From the NCBI GenBank assembly GCA_965223855.1, contig CBDCXM010000009.1:512001-576000 (forward strand): a DNA stretch of 64,000 nt, in the 5' to 3' direction. Shown in pieces: positions 17,572-27,431 of this stretch. Both the position numbers and the translations under genes were made by a program. The notes beneath the pieces are model-generated. The model did no database searches, was not told the DNA's origin, and saw only the letters and a program-made list of their open reading frames with translations. Source of the stretch: Candidatus Multivoradales bacterium. GTDB lineage: Bacteria; Acidobacteriota; Thermoanaerobaculia; Multivoradales; JAHEKO01. The stretch's first letter is position 1; each line of letters starts with the position of its first letter.

Positions 17572-18651
17572 CTATTCGGTCGGCGGCTGCCAGTACCAGC
17601 CGCCCGCCTCCTTCTTCGCCTCGATCCCGAGTAGCCGCTTCGCTCGCTTCAGCGTGCTGTGCGAGATTCCCTCGCCCTCGGCCGCCGCGAGTAGCTCGCT
17701 AGACGGCCGGGGTCCGCTCGCCAGCTCGCCGCGCAGGAACTCAGCAGCTTCCTCGCGTGCCGTCAGCGTCTCCGCCTCTGACGGCTCGCCAAGAATCTCG
17801 GACGCCTTGGGCGCGTCGTCGGTCCACTCGACCCGCGCCGCCCCGCGTTCAGCATCGGTCAGCCGGAATCCCAACGGCTCGCCCAGCTTCGCCCCGTTCG
17901 CCTTGGCGTGGCACAGCGCCCGCCGCTCGGGATCGTTCGGGTCGCTACCGACCAGCAGAACGCTCCGCGCTCCCGCCACGAAATCGACAGACCCTTGAGC
18001 GCGATAGATCGCCCGCCCTGACGCGCCCTTGTTCAAGTGATGGACGGCCAGTGTCGCGAGCCCGTGTGCTTCGGACAGCGCCGCCAGCGGCGCCAGGATG
18101 CCGCGCACCTGATTCGCGCGATGGGTGTCGGTCTGGGCGCCACAGTACGCTACCAGCGGATCGACCACGACCAGAGACGGCGAGCGGCGGATCACCTCAT
18201 CCTCGAGCTTCTGCCGCACGCCTTCTTCCGAGAGGTTCATCGGCACCGCCGCCGCGAACACTCGACTGGCATCCGCACCGGCCGCGTCGAGTCGGGGCCG
18301 CACCACCTCCGCTAACGCATCCTCGACGGTCAGGACGAGAACCGTGCGCGGCGAGCGTCGCTCCGTGTCTCCCGGTAGCGCTCGGCCCGCCGAAAGACAC
18401 GCGGCGATGTTGAGTGCAAGCGTGCTCTTGCCCTGCCCCGGATCGCCCACCATGAGATTGACGGCGCCGCTCACAAGGTAGGGGCGCCAGAGGAACGAAA
18501 CCGGGCGCGGCTTCACACCGGCCATGCACACCGAAAGCGGCTTCGCGTCGTCGAAGGCGGCGGCCAGCTCGCAGGAGCAGTAGCGCTCCGTCTTGCCGCA
18601 GTCGGCGCAGCCGTCCGGCGTACCACCGTCAGGAACCGGCGCGAGCACCAC
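17572..18651 (-). CDS. AAA_25/RepA-like helicase
   Basis: Walker A GDPGQGKS, Walker B VVVDP, VHHLNK; GGAG RBS 7 nt before GTG; N-terminal CADC..CSC. Confidence 0.85.
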   Translation of the reverse strand: MVLAPVPDGGTPDGCADCGKTERYCSCELAAAFDDAKPLSVCMAGVKPRPVSFLWRPYLVSGAVNLMVGDPGQGKSTLALNIAACLSAGRALPGDTERRSPRTVLVLTVEDALAEVVRPRLDAAGADASRVFAAAVPMNLSEEGVRQKLEDEVIRRSPSLVVVDPLVAYCGAQTDTHRANQVRGILAPLAALSEAHGLATLAVHHLNKGASGRAIYRAQGSVDFVAGARSVLLVGSDPNDPERRALCHAKANGAKLGEPLGFRLTDAERGAARVEWTDDAPKASEILGEPSEAETLTAREEAAEFLRGELASGPRPSSELLAAAEGEGISHSTLKRAKRLLGIEAKKEAGGWYWQPPTE

Positions 18652-18796
18652 GGTCAGGCTCCAATCGGTCGCGCTCGACGTGCTCAGTGCGCAGGACGTG
18701 ATTCCAGCACCACCAGTGCCCGTGCGGATCGCGGACGATGCCGGGGCGAAGGCAGCGCGAGCCGTCGGCGGTCCATGCCGCGCAGCGGTCGCGCAT
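18629..18796 (-). CDS. 55-aa CCCH-type zinc-finger protein (not in the ORF track)
   Basis: MRDRCAAWTADGSRCLRPGIVRDPHGHWWCWNHVLR...; ATG overlaps the AlpA stop (TGATG). Confidence 0.65.
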   Translation of the reverse strand: MRDRCAAWTADGSRCLRPGIVRDPHGHWWCWNHVLRTEHVERDRLEPDRGARAGS

Positions 18797-19038
18797 CACT
18801 CGCCCCGCTGCGCGGTGCTCTTGCGCGTTGAGGCTTCCAGGTAGCGGTCAAGCTCGCGCACGTCATAGCGGACGAGCCGCCCCCCAAGACGCAGGAACTT
18901 CGGCCCGTCGCCGCGCATCCGGCGCCGCGCGAGCCAGTCCGTAGTGACGCCCAGGTAGTCGGCTGCCGCTTGGGCCGTGAGGCGCTTGCCCGACGGACGG
19001 GACAGCAAGGTTGGGTTTGTGTTCTTCATGCCCTGCAT
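18796..19038 (-). CDS. AlpA/excisionase-like HTH protein
   Basis: LTAQAAADYLGV...GDGPKFLRLGGRLVRYD..LDRYL. Confidence 0.85.
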   Translation of the reverse strand: MQGMKNTNPTLLSRPSGKRLTAQAAADYLGVTTDWLARRRMRGDGPKFLRLGGRLVRYDVRELDRYLEASTRKSTAQRGE

Positions 19039-19086
19039 GTTCGAACAGGGCTCGCGTCGCTGTCGCGGTCAAAACTCCCGCAGCAG

Positions 19087-20181
19087 TTATGTCCGGTTGC
19101 GCTGTTCGATGCCGAGCTGCTCGCAGAACCGATTCACAGCGTTCCTTGCTGCGTCGTCGTAGACCAACGCCACGGCACTTTGAGCGATGGCGCCGTACGT
19201 CAGCCCGAGCAACAGGCGCTCGGCCGTCCATTGTGCGTCGCGCTCAATGTTGGGGCGGGCGCCCGCTCGTTCGGAGCGCACCTGTCTAGGCTTCTGAAGT
19301 GCGCCAACCTTCTGCGCAAAGCTGGCTACGCTCTGAGCATGCTCCTTGGCCCGCTCTCCGAAGTCTTTGGCCGTCTCAGCTAGCGGATCGAACGGCTCCA
19401 ACGCCTCACTCATCTCGAATGCAGCTAGACGCGCCATCGGCTCAAGGTCGGAATCGTCCCGAGCAAGCCTGCCCGCAAGGACTGCAAGGGCGCGATCAAC
19501 GTCAATGTCGCGCAGCTTCTCCAAACCGCTTTCGTTGAGCGCTTCGACCAACTTCCCGCGAACCTGGCGCTTCAGTTCGCTCCTCGCCCTAGTCAGTAGC
19601 CGAGTGTCGGCAGAGCTCGCGAATAGCTCTCGCAGTGCTGGCAGATCACGAGGGAAGCTGAACTCACGCCCAGAGCCTTCGCTGTTCCGCCCGCCAACAA
19701 GGTACTCAATCGCGCCCCCTAGAGGCTCATTGAGCACACTGAGCTCGACGACTCCGGTGGAGTAGAGCCACCTGTCTGCGCATCGGTGCCAACGTAGCCA
19801 CCATTCGAACCTCTCGACCGTCGTTCGGGTGAGCGCCTCAACCTCGCGCATGACCGTCGCGATGGCTTCCTGCGCTGCCTTCTCCGCCTCTGCTCTTTCG
19901 CCCGACGACATAGCGTTATGTTCGGCCACCAGGTCGTCAAACCTCACTTCCCTCGGTTGGCGCGTGTCAATCGTGAGCACCGGTTCACGCGGCCTCGCTC
20001 TGGGCTTGGGTTCGGGCTTGGGTTTGGGTCGTGGCGTGTCGGCTCTGCTGATCTCATTCTCGAGCTCGTCTATCGCGTCAGGCTTCACTCTCGCGATCGC
20101 CGCAAGAAAGAAGGCCCAATAGTCGGCCCGTACGCGCTCCGGAGAGGTCAGAGCGCCCGTCCCTCCAAGCGGCTTCTTCAT
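19087..20181 (-). CDS. Hypothetical protein with C-terminal HTH-like region
   Basis: Directly follows the integrase; C-terminal GLTYGAIAQ...ARNAVNRFCEQLG. Confidence 0.65.
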   Translation of the reverse strand: MKKPLGGTGALTSPERVRADYWAFFLAAIARVKPDAIDELENEISRADTPRPKPKPEPKPRARPREPVLTIDTRQPREVRFDDLVAEHNAMSSGERAEAEKAAQEAIATVMREVEALTRTTVERFEWWLRWHRCADRWLYSTGVVELSVLNEPLGGAIEYLVGGRNSEGSGREFSFPRDLPALRELFASSADTRLLTRARSELKRQVRGKLVEALNESGLEKLRDIDVDRALAVLAGRLARDDSDLEPMARLAAFEMSEALEPFDPLAETAKDFGERAKEHAQSVASFAQKVGALQKPRQVRSERAGARPNIERDAQWTAERLLLGLTYGAIAQSAVALVYDDAARNAVNRFCEQLGIEQRNRT

Positions 20182-20185
20182 CTCC

Positions 20186-21508
20186 CTACTCCGCGCCGCC
20201 GGTCCGCCCCGCAACCGGGAACTCCACTACTTCGCCTGCTTCTCCCAGGTCCAACAGGGACGCCAGCTCTCCGGCAATGGCGTCGGCTGCTTGGCGGAGC
20301 GCCGCCGGATCAGCCGTGATGTACCGCTCCGTGATCGACCGCTTCTGATACCCATGCCCCAGCAACGGCGCAACGTGCCCAAGAAAGCGCCCATGCTGGA
20401 CGTGAGCGCCTATCGACGCGAACGAGTGCCGCAGGCTATGCAGGTCCGCTCCCTCGATTCCAGCGGCCGCGTAGAGCTTTGCGCGGGGACGGTCGATCCC
20501 AACGAAGGGCTGCCCCTCGATCTTGCCGGGGCAGACCGGATCGCTCGGGTTCGCGGTCGCCGGTTTCGCTTCGCGGAGCACTTCCGCCGCAGCACTCCCA
20601 AGCACTCGCGTTTGAGCGCCCGTCTTGGTCTGCCTGAGCGACAAGGTGCCGGCGTCGAGGTCTACGTCGCCCCATCGCAGCCCTTCGCGCTTGCCCCGCC
20701 GCGCCTTCGACTCGTGCCCGAGTAGCTCGGATCGCCGCAGCCCCGTCAGCGCAATCAGGCGCAGCGCCAGCAGCGCCACCGGAGACACGGTGCCCGAAGT
20801 CTCTGCCTCGCGCATCGCGTTTCCAAGCGCCCGCAGCTCCTCAGCCATGAGCGCCCGCCGCTCGCCCGTTTCCTCAAATCGCTCCACGTGGCGGGCAGGA
20901 TTGAATCCGGCCGGCGTGGTGCCCTGCCGCGAACCGAAGCCGAGCACGGCAGACAGCGCCGTCAGCGTTCGATTCGCTTCGACAGGCGTAGCTTTCAGGC
21001 TGCGATGCATCCGTCGCACGTGATCGACGGTCAGATCGCGCACCCGCAGTTTCCCGAGCTTGGGCAGGACGTGGCGCCGCAGTCGATTCTCGGCTGTCGC
21101 CAGACCCGAGCGGCGGCCGCGCTTGGCCCCACTTTCCGCGCGTGCCCGCAGATCGGCCAGATAGCTTTCGACGAGACCGGCGACCGTCTCGGACTCACGA
21201 CGCACCCGCTCGCGCTCTGCCTTGGGGTCGCGCCCCGCAGCCACGTCGCCTCGAAGGCTGCCGGCAATCTCTCTTGCCTGGTCGAGGGTGATGGCGCCGT
21301 AGTCATCAATGGTCAACCGCCGCCGTTGACCACCGGACGGCGGCCGGTACACGAAAACGAACGTGACGCGCCCCCGGCGCACCTGCGCGTACAGACCGGG
21401 CGCACCAGCGTCCGCGACCATCTTCGAAAAGCCTGAGTCGGCCTTCGCCTCGCGTCGCAGCTTGTCCAGGTTGGCTTTTGTTAGCCGCTTGTCTGCCTTC
21501 GGAATCAT
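20186..21508 (-). CDS. int: Tyrosine integrase with N-terminal arm-binding domain
   Basis: TGLRRSEL, HSLRHSFAS, LLGH, TERY catalytic motifs. Confidence 0.95.
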   Translation of the reverse strand: MIPKADKRLTKANLDKLRREAKADSGFSKMVADAGAPGLYAQVRRGRVTFVFVYRPPSGGQRRRLTIDDYGAITLDQAREIAGSLRGDVAAGRDPKAERERVRRESETVAGLVESYLADLRARAESGAKRGRRSGLATAENRLRRHVLPKLGKLRVRDLTVDHVRRMHRSLKATPVEANRTLTALSAVLGFGSRQGTTPAGFNPARHVERFEETGERRALMAEELRALGNAMREAETSGTVSPVALLALRLIALTGLRRSELLGHESKARRGKREGLRWGDVDLDAGTLSLRQTKTGAQTRVLGSAAAEVLREAKPATANPSDPVCPGKIEGQPFVGIDRPRAKLYAAAGIEGADLHSLRHSFASIGAHVQHGRFLGHVAPLLGHGYQKRSITERYITADPAALRQAADAIAGELASLLDLGEAGEVVEFPVAGRTGGAE

Positions 21509-21524
21509 GGGCGCCTCCGGTGCT

Positions 21525-21544
21525 GGTCAACGTCTTGGTCAACG
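21525..21544. promoter_or_regulatory. Putative integrase arm-type site
   Basis: GGTCAACGTCTTGGTCAACG. Confidence 0.7.
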
Positions 21545-21611
21545 CTCTAGGCCCATTGTACGCAATCTCGCCCCATCGACCACCATGCCGGAATGGCCGG
21601 TCCCCGGACGC

Positions 21612-21645
21612 AAAAAACCCCGCTAGCTACTAGCTTCTAGCGGGG
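21612..21645 (-). terminator. Intrinsic terminator for the tRNA operon, supplied by the element
   Basis: CCCCGCTAG/CTAGCGGGG stem followed by T6 on the minus strand. Confidence 0.8.
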
Positions 21646-21664
21646 AGTTCGTTGTGCTGACTAG

Positions 21665-21741
21665 TGGTGCGCCCGAAGGGATTCGAACCCCTGACCTACG
21701 GCTCCGGAGGCCGTCGCTCTATCCAGCTGAGCTACGGGCGC
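21665..21741 (-). tRNA. tRNA-Arg(CCG)
   Basis: 77-nt cloverleaf, anticodon arm ACGGC-CTCCGGA-GCCGT, encoded CCA. Confidence 0.97.
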
Positions 21742-21760
21742 ACAAGTTGAATCTGTCAAA

Positions 21761-21837
21761 TGGGGTGAGCGACGGGACTCGAACCCGCAACCACCTGGAC
21801 CACAACCAGGGGCTCTACCAATTGAGCTACGCTCACC
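21761..21837 (-). tRNA. tRNA-His(GTG)
   Basis: Anticodon GTG, 8-bp acceptor stem with G-1, CCA. Confidence 0.97.
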
Positions 21838-21909
21838 ACAGAGAACGCGGAATATAGCCTGAACGACCCTGCACGGGGAACCGGCCGTCCGTTCAAGCTG
21901 GCAAAGATC

Positions 21910-21986
21910 TGGCCTGCCTGGAGGGACTCGAACCCCCGACCCGCGGCTTAGAAGGCCGCCGCTCTATCCAGCTGAGCTACAGGCAG
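21910..21986 (-). tRNA. tRNA-Arg(TCT)
   Basis: GCGGC-CTTCTAA-GCCGC arm, CCA. Confidence 0.97.
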
Positions 21987-22039
21987 TCGCGTCCGCCGGG
22001 TGTCGCTGGACGGGCTCGAACCACCTCGGGAGTTCAAGT

Positions 22040-22116
22040 TGGTCGGGGCGCCCAGATTTGAACTGGGGACCCCCTGCGCCCAAGGCAGGTGCGCTACCTG
22101 ACTGCGCTACGCCCCG
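22040..22116 (-). tRNA. tRNA-Pro(TGG)
   Basis: CCTGC-CTTGGGC-GCAGG arm, CCA. Confidence 0.97.
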
Positions 22117-22127
22117 ACGGGCGCCTG

Positions 22128-22156
22128 AGTGTAAGTGCTGCCTCGGGGGGTGTCAA
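22128..22156 (-). promoter_or_regulatory. sigma70 promoter of the tRNA operon
   Basis: TTGACA-N17-TACACT followed by a GC-rich discriminator; the -35 overlaps the kinase stop codon. Confidence 0.85.
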
Positions 22157-24081
22157 TTTGCCGCGGCGTCGCCGAGATAACGGGTCAGGAAGTCGGTCTC
22201 CGCCTCGGCCGCACCGTCGCTGCTGCGCTCCAGCACGCCCTTGTCGGGCTGCCAGACGAAGCCCTCGGCCGACTGGAGGCCTGCCAGCAGATCGGCCACC
22301 CTGGAGGCGGGGCGCGGGCGCATCTCGGGATCGCTGTCGAGCAGGCCGTCGATCAGGCGCTCGAGCTGCTGAGGGAGGTCGGGGCGCCGGAGACCGATCG
22401 GCTTCGCCTTGCCCTCGCGGGTACGCATCATCACGTCGCCGACGCCACCACCGGCGAACGGATTGCGGCCGGCGAGCGACTCGTAGAGCACCACGCCGAG
22501 CGAGAAAAGATCGGCCTCCTGGGAGCTCCCGCGCCCCTCGAGTACTTCGGGGGCGATGTAGCCGGGCGTGCCGACGATCGACGCGTCGGCGGTGCCCCGT
22601 TCGCGCAGGATCTGCGAGGTACCGAAGTCGGCGACCTTGATCGCACCGTCCTTGCCGAGCAGCACGTTCGACGGCTTGAGATCGCCGTGGACGAGCTGCT
22701 CGCCGTGCGCCACGTCGAGAGCGCGCGCGATGGCGAGACCGACAGAGACGGTGGCCTCGACGGTCAACGGTCGCAGCGCCCGCAGGTAGTCGGCGAACGA
22801 CACGCCGTCGATGCGCTCCATCGCGATGTAGGCGGCGTCTCCGCGGCGCTCGAAGTCGTGGATGGTGACGATGTTGGGATGGTTGAGCTGGGCGGCGTGC
22901 ACCGCCTCGATCTGCAGGCGCGCGACCATCTTGTTCGCATCGTCGATGTTCGCCGGGAGCTGAATGGTCTTGAGCGCGACGTCGCGCTTGAGGATCGGGT
23001 CGTAGCCGCGGAAAACGGTGCCGGCACCTCCCTTTCCGAGCTGCCCCATCACCTGGTAGCGGCCGAGGAACACCTCGCCGATCCGCTCGCGGTCGTGCTC
23101 GATCGCCAGCAGACGGGCGAAGGTCGACTCGAGCTGCTCGATCTCGGAGCCTCCCTGGGCGAGTGGATCGACGCCGGCGAACTGCGCCTGGGCGCGCGCC
23201 AGCCGGCGCATCGGCTGGATCAGCAGCCGGTAGCCGAGCCACGACAGGAGCGCGGCGACGAGGAGCGCCCCGGCAGTCGCCAGTGTCGTCGTCTGCATCA
23301 TCCTTCGGCGCGCCTGATCCGCCGCCTCGCGTGGCTGGCGCGACAGCACGACCCAACCGGTGCCGGCGACAGGGGAATGGGCGGCGATCAGATCGACACC
23401 CGCGGCATCGACGTAGCGCCCGGCGCCGCCGGTGAGCCGCGTCGAGCGTGCCTGCGACAGCAGCTCCTCGGGCAGGTCCACGCTCGCAGCCGGGTTGCCG
23501 GCGACGAGACGACCGGCACTGTCGAGCAGGGCGGTCTGCGCCTCGCCGACGAGACCGGTGTCGGCGAGGGCCGCTTCGAAGCCGCTCGCGTCGTAGACCA
23601 GCCTGAGTTCGCGGTCGTCGGCAGACGTGCGTCGCAGCCGCAGCCAGCGCTGTTCGCCGACAGCGACGATCTGCTCGTCCGCCTCGCCGTCCGCTGCGAG
23701 CACGGCCGCGATCTCGTCGGCGTACTCACGGCGCTGCGCCCGTAGCAGCTCGGCGCCATCGTCGGCCGAGAGCACCGCGGCGACGAGCTCGGGAGTCCCC
23801 TGCAGCCAGGCGACCAGCACCTCCTGCGCCTCGGCGGAGGCGGGGTTGTCGAGATCGGGATCGACGAGCACCTGGCGCGCCGCCTCGTCGAGCGCTTCGA
23901 CCCGGGCGGCGAGCGTGCCGGCAGCGGTCGAGGCGGCGAGGATCTGCATCCGCTGCACCTGGTCGAGCAGCGCGTCGCGATGGCTGCGCAGCTGCAGCGC
24001 TCCGATGACCACCGGCGACAGCGCCGCGGCGCCGAGCGCCAGCGCCATCCAGAAGAGCAGCGAAGGGCCGCGACGGGCCAA
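22153..24081 (-). CDS. Membrane Ser/Thr kinase with extracytoplasmic Cache-like sensor and HAMP-like linker
   Basis: Two TM helices; [32 protein letters not shown]. Confidence 0.88.
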   Translation of the reverse strand: MARRGPSLLFWMALALGAAALSPVVIGALQLRSHRDALLDQVQRMQILAASTAAGTLAARVEALDEAARQVLVDPDLDNPASAEAQEVLVAWLQGTPELVAAVLSADDGAELLRAQRREYADEIAAVLAADGEADEQIVAVGEQRWLRLRRTSADDRELRLVYDASGFEAALADTGLVGEAQTALLDSAGRLVAGNPAASVDLPEELLSQARSTRLTGGAGRYVDAAGVDLIAAHSPVAGTGWVVLSRQPREAADQARRRMMQTTTLATAGALLVAALLSWLGYRLLIQPMRRLARAQAQFAGVDPLAQGGSEIEQLESTFARLLAIEHDRERIGEVFLGRYQVMGQLGKGGAGTVFRGYDPILKRDVALKTIQLPANIDDANKMVARLQIEAVHAAQLNHPNIVTIHDFERRGDAAYIAMERIDGVSFADYLRALRPLTVEATVSVGLAIARALDVAHGEQLVHGDLKPSNVLLGKDGAIKVADFGTSQILRERGTADASIVGTPGYIAPEVLEGRGSSQEADLFSLGVVLYESLAGRNPFAGGGVGDVMMRTREGKAKPIGLRRPDLPQQLERLIDGLLDSDPEMRPRPASRVADLLAGLQSAEGFVWQPDKGVLERSSDGAAEAETDFLTRYLGDAAAN

Positions 24082-25902
24082 CTACGACCCCGAGCCGAGG
24101 CCGCGCCACAGCTCGAGGACGGCGCGCGAGAGATTGCCCACCCGGTCCTCGCTCTCGATCACGAGCGTGCGAACCCGGTCGGGCTCGCGAAAGTCGTGCT
24201 CGACCTCGAAGCGCAGCTCGCCGACGCCCGAGCGATCGTCGTCGGACGTCGCCCGCACCTGACGCTCCGGCGTCAGACGGACGTACTCCTCGGCCTCGAA
24301 GTAGAGGCGCTGCTTGCGGCGGCTGGTGCGCAAAGCGAACCAGGAGTCGGCGTCCGGGAATCGGTACACCGATCTGCCGTCGACGATCTCCCACCTGCCA
24401 CGCTCGTCCGACCAGACGAGGCGCGGCAGATCCCAACCTTCGCGGCGATGCGTCGGGCCGCCGGCGATCGTCGTCGCCGCGCCGCTGAAGTCGGTGAGCC
24501 GGCCGCCCTCGAAGTCGAGGTGGATCACCGGCGGTGTGACGTCGTAGTGGAAATCGAACCGCTTCGTCGTTCGATTGCCGGCGCGGTCTTCGGCGACGAT
24601 CTCGATCGAGTGGGGACCCTCGTCCCACGGCGGGCCCGCCGCATCGAGCTCACGGCGCTCGCCGTCGACCACGGCGTAGGAGACCGCGAGCCCCGTGCCG
24701 ACGTCGTCGACCTCGACCGAGAGCTCGGCGTCGGCGCCGAGGTAGAGGACGCCGTCGTCCTCGAACTGCCGTCCGCTCAGCTCCGCGGCGATCGTCGGGG
24801 CGTCGTCGTCGACGACTCCCGAAACCGAGAACTCGCGCGACGCGCTCGAATAGCCGTCGAGCCCCGAGGGTGCGACGGCGGTCAGGCGCCAGAAGTAGCT
24901 CCCCTCCTCGAGCGGCGGCGGCTTGAAGGAGGTCTCTTCGAGGGCCGGGTAGCGGGCTTCGAGCAGAGTGCAGTCGGCATCGCGGCAGACCTCGACGACG
25001 TAGTTCGAGGCACCCTCGAGCGGCTGCCAGTCGAAGCGCGGATTGGGAATCGCCCATTCGCTTCCGGCCTCCGGGGAGAGGGGCTGCGGCGCCGGCAGCA
25101 GTTTTTCGGGCGGCGCTGGCGGCTCACCCTTCTTGACGACGGTGCCCATCCCCTCGGCGACCGGCACCGACTCGCCACCCGCTTCGACGACGCTCTCGCC
25201 TTCGAACACCATCAGCTCGGCACCGCCCGCCTCGGGACGGCGGGCGCGCGCCTGGGCGCGGCCGTCGGCACCGACCTGCGGTCGCAGCAGGCTGTCGCCG
25301 ATCAGCAGGTCGTAGTTGGCGTCGGCGCCGGCGTCGAGATCGGCCTGGCCGACGACGACCTCGATCTCGTCGCGCCGCACCGACTGCTCGACCTCGCCTC
25401 GGCGGCCGAGGAAGACCAGCGTGTCCTCGGTGATCACCAACCTCGAGTCGTCGGCGAAGACCAGCTCGGCCGAACTCGCCTCGAAGGTGCGCACCCCGTC
25501 GCGGGTGTTGAGGAAGTTGGCCTCCAGAGCCGGCGACCAGTCATAAGGACGGAGCTGCTCCTCGACACGCCGGCTGACCTTTGACATCTGCGCGGTGTCG
25601 GGGGAGACACCGCTGTCGACTCGAACTCGGAGCCTCTGCCCCGGGCGGATGAGATCCGGGTCATGGATGCCGGGGTTGAGCCGCGCGAGAAGCCTCCAAC
25701 GCTCCGGGTCTCCGAGATAGCGCTCGGCGATGACGTACAGGGATTCGTCCGGCCGGACGATGTGCCAGCCGTCGCGAAGGTCGTCCGCCGGGGCATCCGC
25801 CGCCGGCTGCGTAGCGGCCGGCCCCGCCGCCACGATGGCGCACACCAACGCCAGAACCGCGCCTGCGCACCGCCCCTTCCCAGGACTTGCTGCAGATCTC
25901 AT
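24082..25902 (-). CDS. Secreted LysM + FecR + FN3/Ig-like domain protein
   Basis: HIVRPDESLYVIAERYLGD..W..N..IHDPDLIRPGQ (LysM); D.VRT..SSAELVFADDS (FecR); YFWRLTAV; DRAGN repeats. Confidence 0.8.
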   Translation of the reverse strand: MRSAASPGKGRCAGAVLALVCAIVAAGPAATQPAADAPADDLRDGWHIVRPDESLYVIAERYLGDPERWRLLARLNPGIHDPDLIRPGQRLRVRVDSGVSPDTAQMSKVSRRVEEQLRPYDWSPALEANFLNTRDGVRTFEASSAELVFADDSRLVITEDTLVFLGRRGEVEQSVRRDEIEVVVGQADLDAGADANYDLLIGDSLLRPQVGADGRAQARARRPEAGGAELMVFEGESVVEAGGESVPVAEGMGTVVKKGEPPAPPEKLLPAPQPLSPEAGSEWAIPNPRFDWQPLEGASNYVVEVCRDADCTLLEARYPALEETSFKPPPLEEGSYFWRLTAVAPSGLDGYSSASREFSVSGVVDDDAPTIAAELSGRQFEDDGVLYLGADAELSVEVDDVGTGLAVSYAVVDGERRELDAAGPPWDEGPHSIEIVAEDRAGNRTTKRFDFHYDVTPPVIHLDFEGGRLTDFSGAATTIAGGPTHRREGWDLPRLVWSDERGRWEIVDGRSVYRFPDADSWFALRTSRRKQRLYFEAEEYVRLTPERQVRATSDDDRSGVGELRFEVEHDFREPDRVRTLVIESEDRVGNLSRAVLELWRGLGSGS

Positions 25903-26041
25903 GTCGTGTCCCTCCTCTGTCTGCCATGGGAGACTTCCTTCCCGGTCCTTCCTTGCTCCCGTGACCTCACTATTGTGACCGCTCCCGTCCCTCCAAGTCA
26001 CACCGCCGGCCCGCCTCGCGCGGAAAGCCGGCGGCAAGCCG

Positions 26042-27418
26042 ATGTCTGAGAGCTCCGTGGGAGCGACCTCGTTGGAAGGGATGAGGGTAGAGGGCGACGT
26101 CTGCGTCGTCGGAGCGGGCGTCACCGCCGACGCGATCACGGCAGAGCTCGCCGGCGGCGGCCTAGCGGTCGTCGTCCTGGCACCGCCGGCCTCCGGCAGC
26201 GACGCGGGCGACGAGAATCTGCGAGAGCTCTACCGGCCGCACGCGCCGTACCTGGCGGGCCTGCGGCGCGCCCGTGAACCCACGCTCCCGCTGTGCGTCG
26301 CCCTGCCACCCACCGAGCGGCGGCCACGCCCGTGGGTCGAAGACAGCGGCTGGCCCGAGGAGCTCGAGCTCGAGCCCTGGCTGCGGGCCGCACGCGATGC
26401 GTGGGGCACCGTGACAGCCACGGCTTCGGTCGATACAGGTCTCTTCGGGAAGCCGCCGGCCTTCGAGTCGTCGCCAGTCGACACGGCCACCGTCGCCAAT
26501 CCATGGTCGGCGAAGGACGGCGGCACCGACTCTCCCCGCGTCCTCGCCGACGCCAGCGTCGAAGGGTGGGCGCTCGACGAACCCGGCACGACGGTTCGCG
26601 AGCTGCTCGTCCGGCGCGCCGACGGCTCCCGGCTCGCGGTCTCCGCGCGCCGCTTCGTGCTGGCCGCCGGCGCGATCGACAACGCCCGTCTGCTGCTGCT
26701 GGCGGACCGCGAGCGCCCGGGCAGTCTCGGCAACTCGCACGACCTCGTCGGCCGCTTCTTTCAAGACGCCATCACCTGCCCGATCGGCACCCTGATGGGG
26801 CGTGCACCCGACCCGATCGGCGACGCGCTCCCCGGCGGTTGGTGGCTGCCGGCGTCATGGCTGCAGGAGCGGCATGAGCTCCTCTCCTCGCGCCTGGCCC
26901 TGGAGACGTTCGACGGACCGCCCCCCGGCCTGAGCGCCGAGATCGGCGCCTACCTGGGCGACGAACGCGCCTGGCAGCACCTGGCGACGCTGACGGTCGA
27001 GACGCCGCCTCGCCGGGAGCATCGGGTACGGCTGGCCGACACCGTCGATGAAGCCGGTGTGCCGCTACCTCGCCTCGACTGGCACGATCACGAGTACCCG
27101 ACCTGGACGCTGCGCGCCACCGGCCATCGACTGGCGGAGACGGTCGGCGGGGCGGGAGCGGCGCGGCTGCGGATGCCCCGTATCCGGGGACTGCCTCGTC
27201 ACGCCATGCCGATGAGCCAGCCGGGAGGCACCACACGGATGAACGCCGACCCACGGCGCGGCGTCGTCGATCTCGACGGTCTCGTCCACACGACGACCAA
27301 CCTGTACGTCGCCGGTGCCAGCGTCTTTCCGACCCTCGGTTGCCTGCCGCCGCAACTCACCTCGACCGCACTGACGCTGCGTCTCGCCGACCACCTCCGG
27401 CGCGCGATCGGTGCCTGA
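26042..27418 (+). CDS. GMC oxidoreductase-like protein (degenerate motifs)
   Basis: DVCVVGAG, FVLAAGAIDNARLLL, GTTRM, GVVD, NLYVAGASVFPT. Confidence 0.8.
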   Translation: MSESSVGATSLEGMRVEGDVCVVGAGVTADAITAELAGGGLAVVVLAPPASGSDAGDENLRELYRPHAPYLAGLRRAREPTLPLCVALPPTERRPRPWVEDSGWPEELELEPWLRAARDAWGTVTATASVDTGLFGKPPAFESSPVDTATVANPWSAKDGGTDSPRVLADASVEGWALDEPGTTVRELLVRRADGSRLAVSARRFVLAAGAIDNARLLLLADRERPGSLGNSHDLVGRFFQDAITCPIGTLMGRAPDPIGDALPGGWWLPASWLQERHELLSSRLALETFDGPPPGLSAEIGAYLGDERAWQHLATLTVETPPRREHRVRLADTVDEAGVPLPRLDWHDHEYPTWTLRATGHRLAETVGGAGAARLRMPRIRGLPRHAMPMSQPGGTTRMNADPRRGVVDLDGLVHTTTNLYVAGASVFPTLGCLPPQLTSTALTLRLADHLRRAIGA

Positions 27419-27431
27419 CATACTCCCGCGC

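Larger units (their letters stand above)
16420..21716 (-). mobile_element. Integrative satellite-like element in tRNA-Arg(CCG), 5.3 kb
   Basis: Perfect 54-bp direct repeats at 16420-16473 and 21663-21716 covering the tRNA 3' part; contains integrase, AlpA-like HTH and AAA helicase. Confidence 0.92.

Noticed and set aside
17572-19038. AlpA-helicase fusion by TGA readthrough (same frame, open between the genes)
   Set aside because: The helicase has its own RBS and GTG, and the gap is better explained by the Zn-finger ORF in another frame.
16420-21716. Prophage
   Set aside because: No capsid, terminase, tail or lysis genes.
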